Of a DNA stretch of 64,000 nucleotides, positions 11,701-24,588 are shown piece by piece (the first letter of the stretch is position 1; each line of letters starts with the position of its first letter). Origin of the DNA: Heteronotia binoei. Its lineage: Eukaryota. The notes below the pieces were generated by a model. The model was not told where the DNA came from. It did no database searches and was given only the letters and a program-made list of their open reading frames with translations. The position numbers were made by a program, and so were the translations under genes. The stretch is taken from positions 47,554,001 through 47,618,000 of the forward strand of contig NC_083235.1 in NCBI RefSeq assembly GCF_032191835.1, read 5' to 3'.

Positions 11701-12915
11701 GAACCCACTGAGCCCTGGAACTCATTCTTGGGTGCTCCAAACAAGAGCTCTCAAGTATTAAAACACAAGAGATATTTTCCAGTACGTGTTATCTGAGGAA
11801 ATTTGTATTTTTTTTTTTTAGAGAAGTTTATACTTCTGTGCCGTTACTCACTTTTTACCTACAGATCTTACTCCATTTTACCATATTGTCATGAAAACTG
11901 CCAGAAGCCTGGAGGGTGCTGCTTCACAAGAACAGCTTGTGCCATATGCAGCCGCTCCCCTTGTTAGGTTTCCCAAGAGCTGCTCTGCCACTTATTGCAT
12001 CTATGACTGGGCCTTGATTTTCTTATGCTGGGCCAATCCTATAACCAGCAGATCACCCCTGGTGACTAGTGGCTGCATTTTTGCAACAAATCAAGTGAGC
12101 TTTTGTAAACTAGCTTCCTGACTTCCTGCCCCAACTGCACATATGCTGGGTTTTAGCCAGACTAAACTAGCTTGTCCCACTGATTCCTCTTCTCTACTGA
12201 AGATGCCCCTCATGTTGTTCCTCAGGGCCACCTATCCACCAGGATCTTGTGGAGATCGGAGGGCTGGGGGGGGGGGGGAGTTCCATTCTGTTGACAGGAA
12301 ATCCAATTTGAATCCAACTCAGTACTCACTGTCATGATCCGCCCTCTGACACGCCCAGTAACTATGTTTCAGAGTCCTCAGAAAGAGACTGAGGAGGGAC
12401 AGAGGGCCTAGCGCTGCCGAGCTGTCTGCTGACAATGTTCGGACCACAGCACAGGCTGCCCTGTCAGAGGCTGCAACTTCTGAAAAAGCCACCAGGCCTC
12501 CACTGGGCAGGCTGTGAACCCAGGTCCATAGTCTCCAGGGGCTGCTCCCTCTCTGTAGGAATGGTGGTGGCTGAAGACCTGGGCCAGGATGACCCAAAGG
12601 AGGCCAAGGGCTTGACTGGTTACATACAACCCCATCCCAGAGCCAGTGAGCAATACTTCTTCACACAATCCTGGCCAAAGCACAGCACAGCCATAGGAAC
12701 TCTGGGAGCTGAGTTCAATCACCTGGATCAATCAGTCCACTAGGTGCAAGCCCTGAACTCCAGCTCCTTGCCTCTTGGGTCCAGTCTATGTTCTTAAGTT
12801 GCACGATTGAGGCCTGAAAGTACCACTCCAGAGGAGACCTGCCCAGATCTTCCTGCAGAGTGCAGGATACTCACATTGATGAATGGATAAGCAGGCCAGT
12901 AACTCTTGTGGACCT

Positions 12916-13810
12916 TGTGACGGAACCGGCCCGATTCTGCCTTCAGACCCGGTCCCGCCAACTCCCTCTTGAGTTGCCAACTCCTGGAGGGAGCTATTTC
13001 TCCTCCGGCCACTTGGGCTCGCTGCCACCACCTGCTCAGTCTAGGGGTTCAGATTGAGAGGAACAGGACTCCCAATCCCCCTCTCCAGCTATGAGGCCAG
13101 GCCTCAAGGTCCTCTGCCACCCTGTACTTGGGTATCACAGAGACCACAGCACTTATTCGGGGAACCCCTGGAGGATTGGCACCTTATCCAACTGCATGCC
13201 TTCCCCCTTCTCCAGGGCCCCCTTCATAAAGCAGCGTGGTCTAAGCGGTTGGGGATCTATGTGGTACAGAGTTTGACTGCCAGCATTCAAAACAGTAAAA
13301 ATGTTTAATAAGAAGAGAAAGAAAAAAAATAAAAACAAAAACAGTTACATGTAAAAGTTTAGCACAGCACCTGAACAGCAACAAGAAGGACAAATAAAAG
13401 GTGGATTTAAACGCATCCTCTCATCCCTGGTGTAAACTTGCCCTACCTTGTGAATTACTGCCTGGGGGCCACTCCGCCTCTCCCACAGACTGGCAACCTC
13501 TCTCCTTGAGCGCCAGCCAAGAACTGCCCTTTTCCCGCCTGACTCAAATAAAAAGAACAAAAGAACTTCCTGCCCCTCTAGGAGGCTTTCCCCCTAGAGT
13601 TGCTGGTTTAACTCCAGAAGGGAGGAGGGAATGAGGGGAAGGCTAAAGAACTTCCTGCCCCTCTAGGAGGCTTTCCCCCTAGAGGCGTTGGTTTAACTCT
13701 GGAAGGGAGGGGGGGGATGAAGGGAAGGCTAGGCCCCAAAGCCTGCTTTAGTAGTTTCATGTTCCCCTCCAACCAAGCACCAACATTAACTCAGATGGTG
13801 TTTCTCCACA
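12916..13810 (-). mobile_element. Solo LTR family A (895 bp), 5-bp TSD gacct
   Basis: TG...CA termini; TSD at 12911-12915 and 13811-13815; homologous to 54751-55589; ATTAAA on the minus strand near 13304-13309; about 85-bp internal tandem duplication at 13561-13731. Confidence 0.88.
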
Positions 13811-14751
13811 GACCTTTAATTATGAAATGTGTTTTTACAAAGAATCTTTGAAGATTGATAGTTTAAATAAAAACAAAAATGAATTCAATTCCTACTTGGA
13901 ATAGTAAGAAATATGTTTAAGAGAACCAGTGCCAAAAGTATCAATTAACCAAATTCTAAGCAGAAAATAGCAGAGATACAGATAGGCCAAGATGGGTATG
14001 TGACAATTGTCTCAGATGTTAATAGATATATGGGCTGGATCTGGACTAAACTTTCTGCTAATGGAAGGGGTACTGTAATTCCTGCCAATTTCCCCTTCCT
14101 GCTGCAGACTCCTGATTTGACCCTTGTGCCATTCCTGAGGGTCTCCAGTCACCCAGAAGCAGCAGTTTTGGACAGCAGTGGCCTGCCAGGGGGTGCAGGG
14201 AGGAAAGTTCTGCTTACAGAAATGCCTTCCATTAGTGGAAAATTTGGTCTGGGTCCCACCTATCATTTTATATTTTACAAACAGATGAGTGGGATTTGAA
14301 CCCATGGCTCCATAACCTTAATTAACTATTAGCATAATTTTCAGTTATGTTGAATTCCTGATCCCTTAATCACTTGTGCATCTTTACAGAGCATCTTTCC
14401 ATATATGAACAAGAGAAGCTCACTGATGGAGAAAAACCCATTCATCTCTCAAAACAGTATGTGGTTAAAGCCGTTTGCTACCGAATGAGACACCCCCCAC
14501 CCCCCGTCATGGATAATCAAAAAACATATTTGGATGTTTTGGCTTTAATTTTGCAAGAAATTTCAAGTAAAATTTATATATTTTTTCTCTTGTTCCAACT
14601 AAGATTTGAGCTGCCAAAGCTTCTTTTACCTTCCCTTCGCCCCTTAGTAAAAAGTTAAGAGACAGAGAGAGAGAGAGAAAGAGAGAGAAAGATGGGTTTT
14701 CTGGATACAGACAGTATGGCAGGATCACTGCACATCTACATGTTCAAAACT

Positions 14752-14771
14752 TCAGAAATCCATCTGTACAT
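14752..14771 (-). CDS. PRIM1: PRIM1 exon 13 coding part (20 nt): DVQMDF-stop
   Basis: Strong acceptor ttttttttttccag; resembles the human C-terminus DLQKDF. Total CDS 1236 nt = 411 aa. Possible ATTAAA at 14549-14544. Confidence 0.88.
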
Positions 14772-14930
14772 CTGGAAAAAAAAAAAGAAACAGATGGAAT
14801 CTATTTGAACTTTTTTGCAACAACTGACATTATTGCCATTGGAGGAGGAAATAGGGGAAATTTCAGCATTTGAAAAAGCCAGATTATATCACCTAGAGCA
14901 GCTAGCAATAAATGGTGTTTTTTTCCATAT

Positions 14931-15100
14931 GGCCCAGGCTACCCTGATCTTATCAGATCTTCAAAGCTAAGTAGGATCAGCCATGGCTAATATTTGGATG
15001 GTAGACCTCCAAGGAATATCACAGTCATTACGTAGAGGCAGGAAATGGCAAACCATCTCCAAATGCTCTTTGAGTCAGCTATGACTTGATGACATGTCCA
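14931..15100 (+). mobile_element. 5S rRNA-derived SINE
   Basis: ccctgatcttatcagatcttcaaagctaag...atttggatggtagacc...ggaata aligns by eye with 5S rRNA and shares the tail of the 1948 copy. Confidence 0.78.
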
Positions 15101-15339
15101 CCACCAGGTGATCAGCAGCTCTGAAAGAATCTACTTCTAGCTCTCATATTTTCTAGACTCTGCATCTTCTGGCCACATTTATTCATTTACTGTGCAATCC
15201 TTCAGCAGTTACACCTTTGTAAACCCACTGAAGTTCTCATCTATAAGGCTACAATACAAAGAGAGAAGTCACAAAGAGTTAAAGACAAAAGCTGACCAAA
15301 TGGTTACTGATACTCAAACTACTATAATGCAAATTTAAT

Positions 15340-15825
15340 AATAATAATAATAATAATAATAAAATTTTATTTATACCCCGCCCTCCCCACCGAGGTAGGC
15401 TCAGGGCGGCTTACAGAATGTGGCAAAAGCCATGTTAAACAATAAAACAATTATACATTCAGTACCATTTAAAATTACCATTAAATTTACATAATATAAA
15501 AATCTAAAATCAATCTAAAATAATCTAACTCAATTGTTGATGTTAGTGATGGCATGGTGTTCATTTCAGGTTTCATCTTGGCAGGCTAGCCGGAAGAGGG
15601 TGGTTTTGCACGCCCTACAGAATTGGCTAATGTCCCGTAGGGCCCGCACCTCTTCCGGCAGCTGGTTCCACCATTGGGGTGCTTTTATAGAGAAGGCCTG
15701 TTCTCTGGTTATTTTTAGTTTGGCCTCCTTTGGCCCAGGTACTTCCAGAAGGTTTTGTGAGCTGGATCGCAGTGCTCTCTGGGGAACATATGGAGAGAGG
15801 CGGTCCCTAAGGTAATAGCGCTAGA
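15340..15825 (-). mobile_element. L2-like LINE 3' end with (AAT)n tail
   Basis: Layout similar to the L2 3' end at 56180-56760; simple-repeat tail at 15337-15360. Confidence 0.65.
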
Positions 15826-16914
15826 TCAGACAGGCATACATTTAGAAATCACTAGATCAGACAGATATACTTTTAGAAAACCACATGTTACTTCAATAAT
15901 GATGTCCAAAATCAAAATTCACAGTAGACAGTCCACTTCCATTGATTCCATGAAATCATAACATGCAATATTTTGCATTATTTTTACGAAAAATTGTAAT
16001 TCATAGTAATTTGAGTCACAGTAACCTTTTGGTCAGCGTTTGTCCCTATAAGGCAACACTGGCTGATCTCATACATGTGGCTGGACCCAAGCTGCTTAGA
16101 ATTTTAAAAATCAAAACCTGCACTTTGAATTGAGCCCAGAAACAAATGGGGAACTGGTACATTTAGTACAGCATTGACATTTTTATTTTCAGAAAAAACC
16201 CATCAATACTTTAGATGCCACATTTTGTTTCCACTGAAAATTCTAGACAGTCTTCCAAGGGTGACTCCATGCAGAGCTCTTTACAGTAGTACAGCCTGGA
16301 TGATACTAAGGGATGTGCGTCATTGAGCAGGTCTGCCTGCTCTGTATTTTGTTTTTGAGCTAAAGTTTCCCCAGCAGTTACATCTTCCTAAACCCACTGA
16401 AGTCTTTTGTTTACTCATCAGAATCCCTAGGAATCTGATGAGAATGACGGTATACAGTATATTGGCCACTGCCAAATATTAACAGCAGTGTCATACCTCC
16501 CCACCCCCGACTTGTTCTACAGCTTCCCTGTGCATTTCCTCACCCTGTGTGATCGACTGGTGCTGATGGGGGCAGCCTAACAGACACAACAGAAATTGTA
16601 TTACATGTTGTACAGGGAGAAATAGAACTTAAGGTTGCTATTTTTGATAGCATTTCTTAGCATTCACAGAATAATAAGCCAAGCTCCATCAATGGATGTT
16701 AGAATAACTAGGTCAGGTTTTAAATATCAGGGGCACTATGGAGTTAAGAAGTGTCTCTGATCGATAAAATGAGGTTCTGTTCCTTTTACAGGAGGCTGCT
16801 TGTGGGAACCCTGTTAGAATGATTCCACACAGGGATCTGCAACTTGGGCACCATCATAGGCAGCACAGAGGCAGAAAGTACAGTCCAATGCATTTCTTCT
16901 AGCATAACCCTTAC

Positions 16915-17013
16915 CACTAGCTTTAGGACTTTCCTCTTTCTGAGATCTATCCATCTCCTCCAGGAAGCATTCAAAAACTTTCACATATGGAGTCAAACTG
17001 GTTTTCTTGCAGT
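16915..17013 (-). CDS. PRIM1: PRIM1 exon 12 (99 nt)
   Basis: DCKKTSLTPYVKVFECFLEEMDRSQKEESPKAS; donor G|gtaagg. Confidence 0.93.
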
Positions 17014-17245
17014 CTATAAGAAAAAAAAATTTTCAGGAGGGAAAAATTAACAAGTCAGTCCAGTGTAGAATGAAGAACCTGAATCGTTTAAACAATAATA
17101 AAGTCCCTTATATAACCCACATGGACAGCACTAGAGGGAGATATCTTTAAACAACTCGGTAACAAAAATGAGAAACACATACTGGATGAAGGACCGACTT
17201 CTAGGTAACTGTGTGTGTGAACAAGGCCTTGGGCTACAAGTGGAC

Positions 17246-17841
17246 TTTAAGTTAAAAGGCTAATGAGGTCTTGGGCTGTGTCAACAGAGGCAGAACATCC
17301 CAATCGCAAGACATCATAGTCCCACAGTACACTACATTGGTATTGTGTGCAGTTCTAGAGACCTCACTTCAAAATGGATGTGAGTAGAATGGAGCAGGTG
17401 CCGAGGAGAACAAAGATGCTCAGGGGCCTGGAGACCAAGCCCTACAAGCAAGCCTGAGGGACTGGAAATGTTCAGTTTGGAGAAGAGAAGGTTAAGAGAG
17501 GACATGATTGTTCCCTAAGTATTTGAAAGGCTGTCACTTAAGAGAGGACAGGGAGCTGTTCCTGTTGGCAGCAGAGGATAGGACTCGCAATATTGGGTTT
17601 AAATTATGGGTGGAGATACCAGCTGGCTATTAGGGGAATATAGTAACAGTAGTTCAGCAGTGAAATAAGCTGCCTAGGGGAGGTGGTGATCTCCCCCTCA
17701 CTGGCAGTCCTCAAGCAGCAGCTGGATGAACACTTGTAAGGGATGCTTTAGGCAAATCCTGCATTTAGTTGCGGGGGGTGGGGGTGGGGCTAGACTAGAT
17801 AGCCTCTATGACTCTTCCAACTCTATAATTCCATGATTCCT
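17246..17841 (+). mobile_element. CR1 LINE 3' fragment
   Basis: Typical CR1 ORF2 end (atgttcagtttggagaagagaagg...) and 3' tail (...cttccaactctataattccatgattc). Confidence 0.8.
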
Positions 17842-18516
17842 AACCCTCAGGTGAATTTTCATTCTGCTGAGATTTGACGAAAGATCCTGAGTTCCTCAGA
17901 AAACTCAATAGAAAACTGTATATGAAGCAGGTGGCCCTGGCAATATTGTATGTGTGAGCAATCCAAAATGGCAGCCAAGGTCTAGGCAACCCAAAATGGC
18001 AGCCAAGATCTTACAAGGTAGCCTTTCAAGATCTTAGTCAGCATTCTGTGTTTTTAAAAAGCTTTACATTGTGTGGTTTTGGATCCCTCAAGATTTTCTG
18101 CAAAAACTCTGCTCCAGTTCTGAGCGCTCCTCCCCCCAGATGTTTTAAAATCTGCACTGGAGGAGGAAACATCTATGGGGAGGGGATGTCTATGGCTATT
18201 TGATCTATGAGAGATGGAAAGGAGTATTTAAACTTCATGGACAACTTTTGCCTATTTCTCAGAAACCCCAAATAAGCTATTCATTGGTCAGATGGTAGTT
18301 TTGATGCCCTGTCCTCATCCCTCTCCATGACTAGCAGCACTGGCATAAATTACACAAAGAAAACATCTTTTGTAATTTGTAGAAGGAACAAACATTTGAA
18401 TTTTCCAGATGCAGAAACTGCTACTTAATTTAGTATTTAATACACACATCCCTAAGAACAATAAAAGAAAATCACAACAATCAAGCTGAAGATTTCTCAG
18501 AGCCTTCTGCACCTAC

Positions 18517-18608
18517 CTCTGTTCCTTCGAGGGCTTTCTAGCTTCTCTTGGTTTTGCTCTTCATCTCCCTGATCGTTGCCATTTCTATCCAGTTCATGAC
18601 ACAGCTGG
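18517..18608 (-). CDS. PRIM1: PRIM1 exon 11 (92 nt)
   Basis: QLCHELDRNGNDQGDEEQNQEKLESPRRNR; boundaries ttttcag and G|gtaggt; phases fit the flanking exons. Confidence 0.9.
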
Positions 18609-18821
18609 CTGAAAACACCGAAAGACCAAAATCACAAAGTTGGCTTAAGGTCATTAATTGTCGTTGTAAGATGACATTCAATGTACCTCTGTCCAATGCA
18701 GTGATGAAAATTCCATGTTATCCATGGGAGCAGCATATGAGCATTCTACTGCTGAGGAACCTACAGTTAAGAATTATCCCTTTTTGTAAAAAAAAACCCC
18801 AAACTGCCCAGATTCAGAAGA

Positions 18822-19091
18822 AGATGATATTGGATTTATATCCCGTCCTCCACGCCAAAGAGTCTCAGAGCAGCTCACAATCTCCTTTACCTTCCTCCCC
18901 CACAACAGACACCCTGTGAGGTGGGTGGGGCTGGAGAGGGCTCTCACAGCAGCTGCCCTTTCAAGGACAACCTCTGCCAGAGCTATGGCTGACCCAAGGC
19001 CATTCTAGGAGGTGCAAGTGGAGGAGTTGGGAATCAAACCCGGTTCTCCCAGATAAGAGTCTGCACACTTAACCACTACACCAAACTGGCT
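18822..19091 (-). mobile_element. tRNA-derived SINE (squamate type), full length
   Basis: Reverse complement of the 37690-37980 copy; A box ggtgtagtgg, B box ggtttgattccc, (TCT)n tail. Confidence 0.82.
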
Positions 19092-22000
19092 TCACCACAG
19101 ATGGCATGCTTTCCCATCAGACAGCACATGCAACACAGACAATTTTGGGCAGGACGGCTGCACATTGCCTCTGCATTGACACTGCTGTTGAGATGGAAGC
19201 ATTGTACTGAAGTTCTGTGCCAAGAACCTGCAAGCTTTCAGGAGCAACTTGTATGCCAGACGTATGCAACATCCTGTGCGATGCCGTTCTTTGTTCTGAA
19301 AGTCTGACAAACTATTCAAGTCATCCTTACTCAGATAAAGATCTCAAGAACAAATTGCAGGTAGGGCTGAAGATGTAAGCTATTACATAGAATAGAACCT
19401 ATCACATAAAATACTTTTTAGAACACATTTTCATTAATATAATTTACAGTATTCAAACAGTGTTTGGATTTTACTTGTACACAGGGTATAAGCTACGTCA
19501 GGTTTGAGAGACCTCAGTGTTACCCCAAAAGTGTATTTATTATGCTAACACTAAAATTTAATATTTCAAAAATATTTAAACCATAGCTTAATTACCTTGC
19601 GCTAGCCCTAAACTACAGCTTAATTAGCTTGTGCTAATCCAGTTCTGATCCACCTAAAAGCTGTAGTTTCACTGACTATATGATGGAGAGCAGACAGGTT
19701 TGCAGCAGCTGCTCAGAAACTAAGGCCAACTTTGTGAATTGTAAAGCTGTAATATAAAACATCTGTTTTATGATGTCCTTTCATTAATTCACATCAGAAA
19801 GCATCCTGATAAGAATTTTCAGAATTCCACTAACTTTTATTCTTATTTTTATTGTGCACTATTAAGTAATTAATAATGGAAGATATAAATACAGCCTAAG
19901 TAGGACAAGGGCTGTGGCTCACTGGCAGATCATCTGCTTTGCATGCAGAAGTTCCCAAGTTCCATTCCAGCATCTTCACTTTAAAGGCTTAGGCCCCAGG
20001 TGATGTAAAAGATCCCTCCTGAGACCATGGAGAGCTGCTACCAGCCTGACTACATTGTACTTTCCTTGATAAAACCAGTGATCTCACTCAGAATAAGGTG
20101 GAGTCATGAGTTCATGTCTGTGTTCAAACAGTGAGTTCAGGAACACAGAATTCAATTAATTTCTTTAACATCAGTGGCCCACATAACTGTGCTACCTACA
20201 GGAAGGTCCTCATACTTCTTTATCTGTTTGGGTTGCTGAACCTCACAGTCAAATTTCATCTCATTTCTTGTTTTCTCTCTCTCAGCAATCCATTTTGGTT
20301 CTCTCCATTTTCTCTCTATTTTGGGGGGGGGGGGGCATATCTTTTCCGCGCACCCTTCCCCTTTCTTGTTTTTACTGCTCCCCTTTACTGCGTCCCAGGC
20401 ACAGGCTGGCCATGCATAAATTATGGCAGAAAGGGGTGGGGGACAGCAGAACCCCACTGCAGACCCATGAATCCAGTAGGCAGGTGTTCTGAAGGGCCTA
20501 TGGAGGGTTCTGATTTCCCACCAAAGAGGTGAGGAAACCCTTGTCTTGTGCAGGCCTGCATTAGCCATGTGTCTGTGTAGCTACTGTCCTTTAAAAGGCA
20601 GTGACCACCTGTCAGGGTTGATTCTGCCTTGGTGCAGTAACATAACCAGACTTAGGCCTGGGAAGATTCAGGTCGCTCCCCAGTTAACTCACAGGAGAAC
20701 AAAGCAAAGAAATTCAAGAAACGTTATTAAAAGCAAAGCACATAGTCAGTACGGTCATAAATGCCCACAAATTAACAAAGCTAGCTGACTGTGCTACTTA
20801 TTTATCCTAAGGGCAGCAATACTGGTTGTTACAACTGTTCTAGATCTTACAGAGTATCTTCAGGCAGCAAAGGCAGTGGATGGAGGAAAGATGATAAAGA
20901 AAGAGGGGGAATGTTCTCTCTACTATAGTCTATGATATAGACATTCTTGGCCATGATGTCCTGACCTTCCCAACCAATCGCAGGACTGCCTCTATGGAGC
21001 TTTTTGGGGTGTGAGCTCCCCCCTTCCATACCAGATTCACAACTTAACTGTGTGAACTAATTAACAGAGTCTCAAGATGACCTTGGTGAGTAAATGTCAG
21101 GGGAAGAATTAGTTGGCATCTGGTTTTAGCTGGAATTTTCCTCTAAGATAGCTTCTCTCTTGATACCAGCCTATTATTACTTTCAGGGGGGCGGGTTTGT
21201 AGAAAAAGCCCAGTAGGAACTCATTTGCATATTAGGCCACTCCCCTTGACACCAAGTCAGCTGGAGCTGCGTTCCTGCTCAAAAAAGCCCTGATTACTCT
21301 TGTGTTACAGACTGTAGCTGAGTTCAAAGCATGACACTAGCTTGGTGGTTCTATCCTGCCTTGCAAGGTTGTTGTGTAGTTATAAAGATGCAGTCCACAT
21401 CAAGCACCAAAGAAAAATTCAGTAGTTAAAACAGCTTTTCAACAAAAATGTCCAATATATTTTGTTTCATTTTGCTATGCAAATTTTAAAAGGGGAGATC
21501 CATTTGCAATTCAGAACTTAAATATGTTGACATTTCACAACTGAAAATACTAACATTCAGAACTGCAACAGCTGATGACAAATTTTGAACTTTCAGTGCA
21601 GGGCTTTCAGGATATTGTTGTGCTTCATGTACGCTATCAGTAATTCCTAGAATTCAAAGAAGGGCAATTTCCTTGAAGGAGGAAAATATGGTATCATATC
21701 AGAAAGAGATGTGCCACGACAAACAGATGGCACTTGCAACAAGCATCGGCTGTATGTGCACAGGGCAGAGTGTTTAGAACACTCCTTTGTGTGCATGGTA
21801 CATCCATGGCACGCCCCAGCTGTTCAGACAGCCCAGAAATGTGCCATGGAAGTGCTTCAGCGATTCACCTCTAGGAAGTACTGGCAGCTATTTAACACAG
21901 TGGTGAGCCAGTATGGCTCAGGGGACAGATGCTCCTGTAAAATCTGGAGGTGGGGGTGGCTATGGTGGGGCAAAACTCCCGTCTGATCACACCCACTGTT

Positions 22001-22918
22001 CTCTCTAAACCACTTCCATTACTTTGGATAGGGAAAGGAACAGAACTAATGGTTAAACTGACTCCTAGAAGGGGACAAATATTTTAAAAACATGGATTTA
22101 AATATGGCCACTTCTGTATAATGACTGGGCAATACAAAGTATCAAAACTGGATAATAAAGAAAATTACAGCAAAAAGTGTGGTGATGGGGCAGGGGAGAC
22201 AACAAGCGTCAGCTTGAAATCAGGACCAGTAAACATGAGCTGTTCTTGTTTTCCTAAACCACAATTCTTCTGGGGTCCATGATTCTCCTTTTTTTTTTAA
22301 AGCTGGAGTTTTCACATTGAGGGCCTTACCAGATGTGTGCAGAGTGTTCCTGTGTTTAGAGTTCCCAGGGGCACACTTTGGATAGGGACTAGAGGTTATT
22401 AAGTTTTAAGATCCCTTCCCCCCGATTTCCCAATTGGAAACAACACCAAGAAGCTGCTTGCTAGACAAGGGATAGTAGTATTCAGGTGGGGGAGGGAGAA
22501 GAGCCCCACCCCACTCCACAATTCCAACTGGGCTCCCATGCACTTGAAAAGTATGTTTAAAAAACCACACCTGGAACTATGAACTCCCAGCACATGACTT
22601 GCAAGGTCCAGATCTGATAAGGTCAACTAAGACTTTAATTATGTGATGGAAACAAACAACTTGCTCTGGATTCATGCTGAGCCAGTGTAGCGTTGTGGTC
22701 AGAATTTTGCTCCGCAGCCATGAACCTCATTATGTGAATTTAGGCCAGCTGTTCTTTCTCAGCCCAGCCCTACCTCTTGCAGGGCTGGTGTGCAGATAAA
22801 GTGAAAGAGGGAGAATCATATATGCTACCCTGAGTTTCATGGAAGAAGGGTGGGATAAAATAGAAAATAAAGAACATATAAGAGGCAGCATAGACTCCCA
22901 AAGGTAAATGTTCCATAC

Positions 22919-22988
22919 CTTATAGTGGGAACAGCAAATGGATCAAAACTATCCAGTTTCTGCAGGTCAATTGGAACTGAAATTCGAC
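22919..22988 (-). CDS. PRIM1: PRIM1 exon 10 (70 nt)
   Basis: GRISVPIDLQKLDSFDPFAVPTI; ag/gt boundaries. Confidence 0.95.
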
Positions 22989-24473
22989 CTGGAAGAGGCA
23001 AAGCAGAATCATTCTCTTGACTTTCCTTGCTGGCAGCCATTAGCACTGCAGTTTTGTTAGATGAAGGACATTCTGTAGTGTATCCAACTGTCATTTTCTG
23101 CCTTTGGAAGAGCATTTTTCTCAGTGAAGGTGATTTAACAAATACCCTCCCTCTCCCTGTGAAACTGCACTTTGCCCCCATCCCCAATGCTTTTTCTGAT
23201 CCCCAGAAATAGAACTTCAGGAGGGTGGGAAGACCCATTCTACAAACTTTGCTTTGCTCACAGTCTGTTGGAAGCAACCCACTGTTTTGGCTCAGTGGCA
23301 GAGCATCTACTTTGCATGCAGAAGATCCCCTGTACAACCACCAACATCTCCAGTTATAAGGATCAGGTAATAAGTGATGCAGAAAACCTCTACATCAGAC
23401 CCTGGACAGCTGCTGTCAGTCCAAGTAGACAACACTGACCTTGATAGACCAACAATCTGGCTCTGTATAAGGTTCAGAAAAATTAAATCCCATCCCAAAC
23501 CGGAACAGCTAATAATCTCATGTTCTTTTTACATCTTCTGACATTTTCATTCCACTTAAGTCAATTTTTAAAATTTTCTTTATTTCCTATCACAGTAGCA
23601 AGGTCAAAATGCCTTCAAAAAGATAGAAGTTTGACTTCTGCCCCACTAATTGATGATTCTCTTGACAAAAAAAAAATTGCCATCAACTGCAGTGCAGCTC
23701 TATGCAGAATTACTTCAGTTTAAGCCTATTGAATCAATAACCTCAAATTAGAATAACAGTCCATTAGATTACTGTCAATCAACTCAATCCTAAAGTATTA
23801 AAAATTTGCAGTCCTATTATTTACTAAATTTGCAGTCCTATTATTTAGCTTTACTAAAACTAATAGTACATAACATGATTTCAGCATTTTCTGCCCAAAT
23901 CTGAAGACACTGGTGATTGCATTATAAATAATCTTAAAAGCCATTTATTCTGCACTTCAACCACTAACATGTTGCTTGCTTGCCCTGGCATGGGTGCTTT
24001 CTGAAAGCCATGTTAACTGTATGAAGGTTCTTATGAAGCTTCTTGCCATTTGTCAGTTTTGTCTCCGATTTAAAACAAAAGGAGATATACAAACACTGTT
24101 TTTGTTACCAGTAGATAAAGTTCCATGTTTTTGAAAAAAAACTGCGTTATTAATCAAAATTTGTATTCTACCTCTATTCTAAGGAGATCAGAGCAATGTG
24201 TATGGAATTATCCCATTTTATCCTGACAACAGTTTTGTGAGGCAGATCAGAGTCACTGGATCAATGTTATCCACTGAGCTTCATGGCTCAGTTTGGTATG
24301 TAATAGTGCAACCTAATGCAGTTACCCCAGCCTAAACCCATCTCTTTAAATGAACTTAGATTGGAGTAACTCTGCATACAATTACACTGTAAACTCCCTC
24401 ACCCAAGTTTTGCACTACTCTACATTAAATAGCTTATCTTTGCTAAAGAAAGTTGTAGCATCATGAAACTGAC

Positions 24474-24588
24474 CTGTTTTGGGGTGAACACTGAAGGGGC
24501 TCTTCAATAAATGGTTGATTCCTTTGCTAACATTAATATCCAGTCGGGGAAAGCAGTACTGCAACATGATCTCATCACACTGTGCTTT
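24474..24588 (-). CDS. PRIM1: PRIM1 exon 9 (115 nt; alternative in-frame acceptor at 24579)
   Basis: [38 protein letters not shown] with catalytic Asp (RLD) and HLLK motif. 5' boundary less certain. Confidence 0.9.

Noticed and set aside
20131-20568. Overlapping ORFs of 133 and 138 aa in PRIM1 intron 10
   Set aside because: Low-complexity, no homology recognised, no splice support.
23803-23846. Short tandem duplications (24 bp here; about 36 bp at 15836-15877)
   Set aside because: Ordinary slippage-type duplications with no sign of function.
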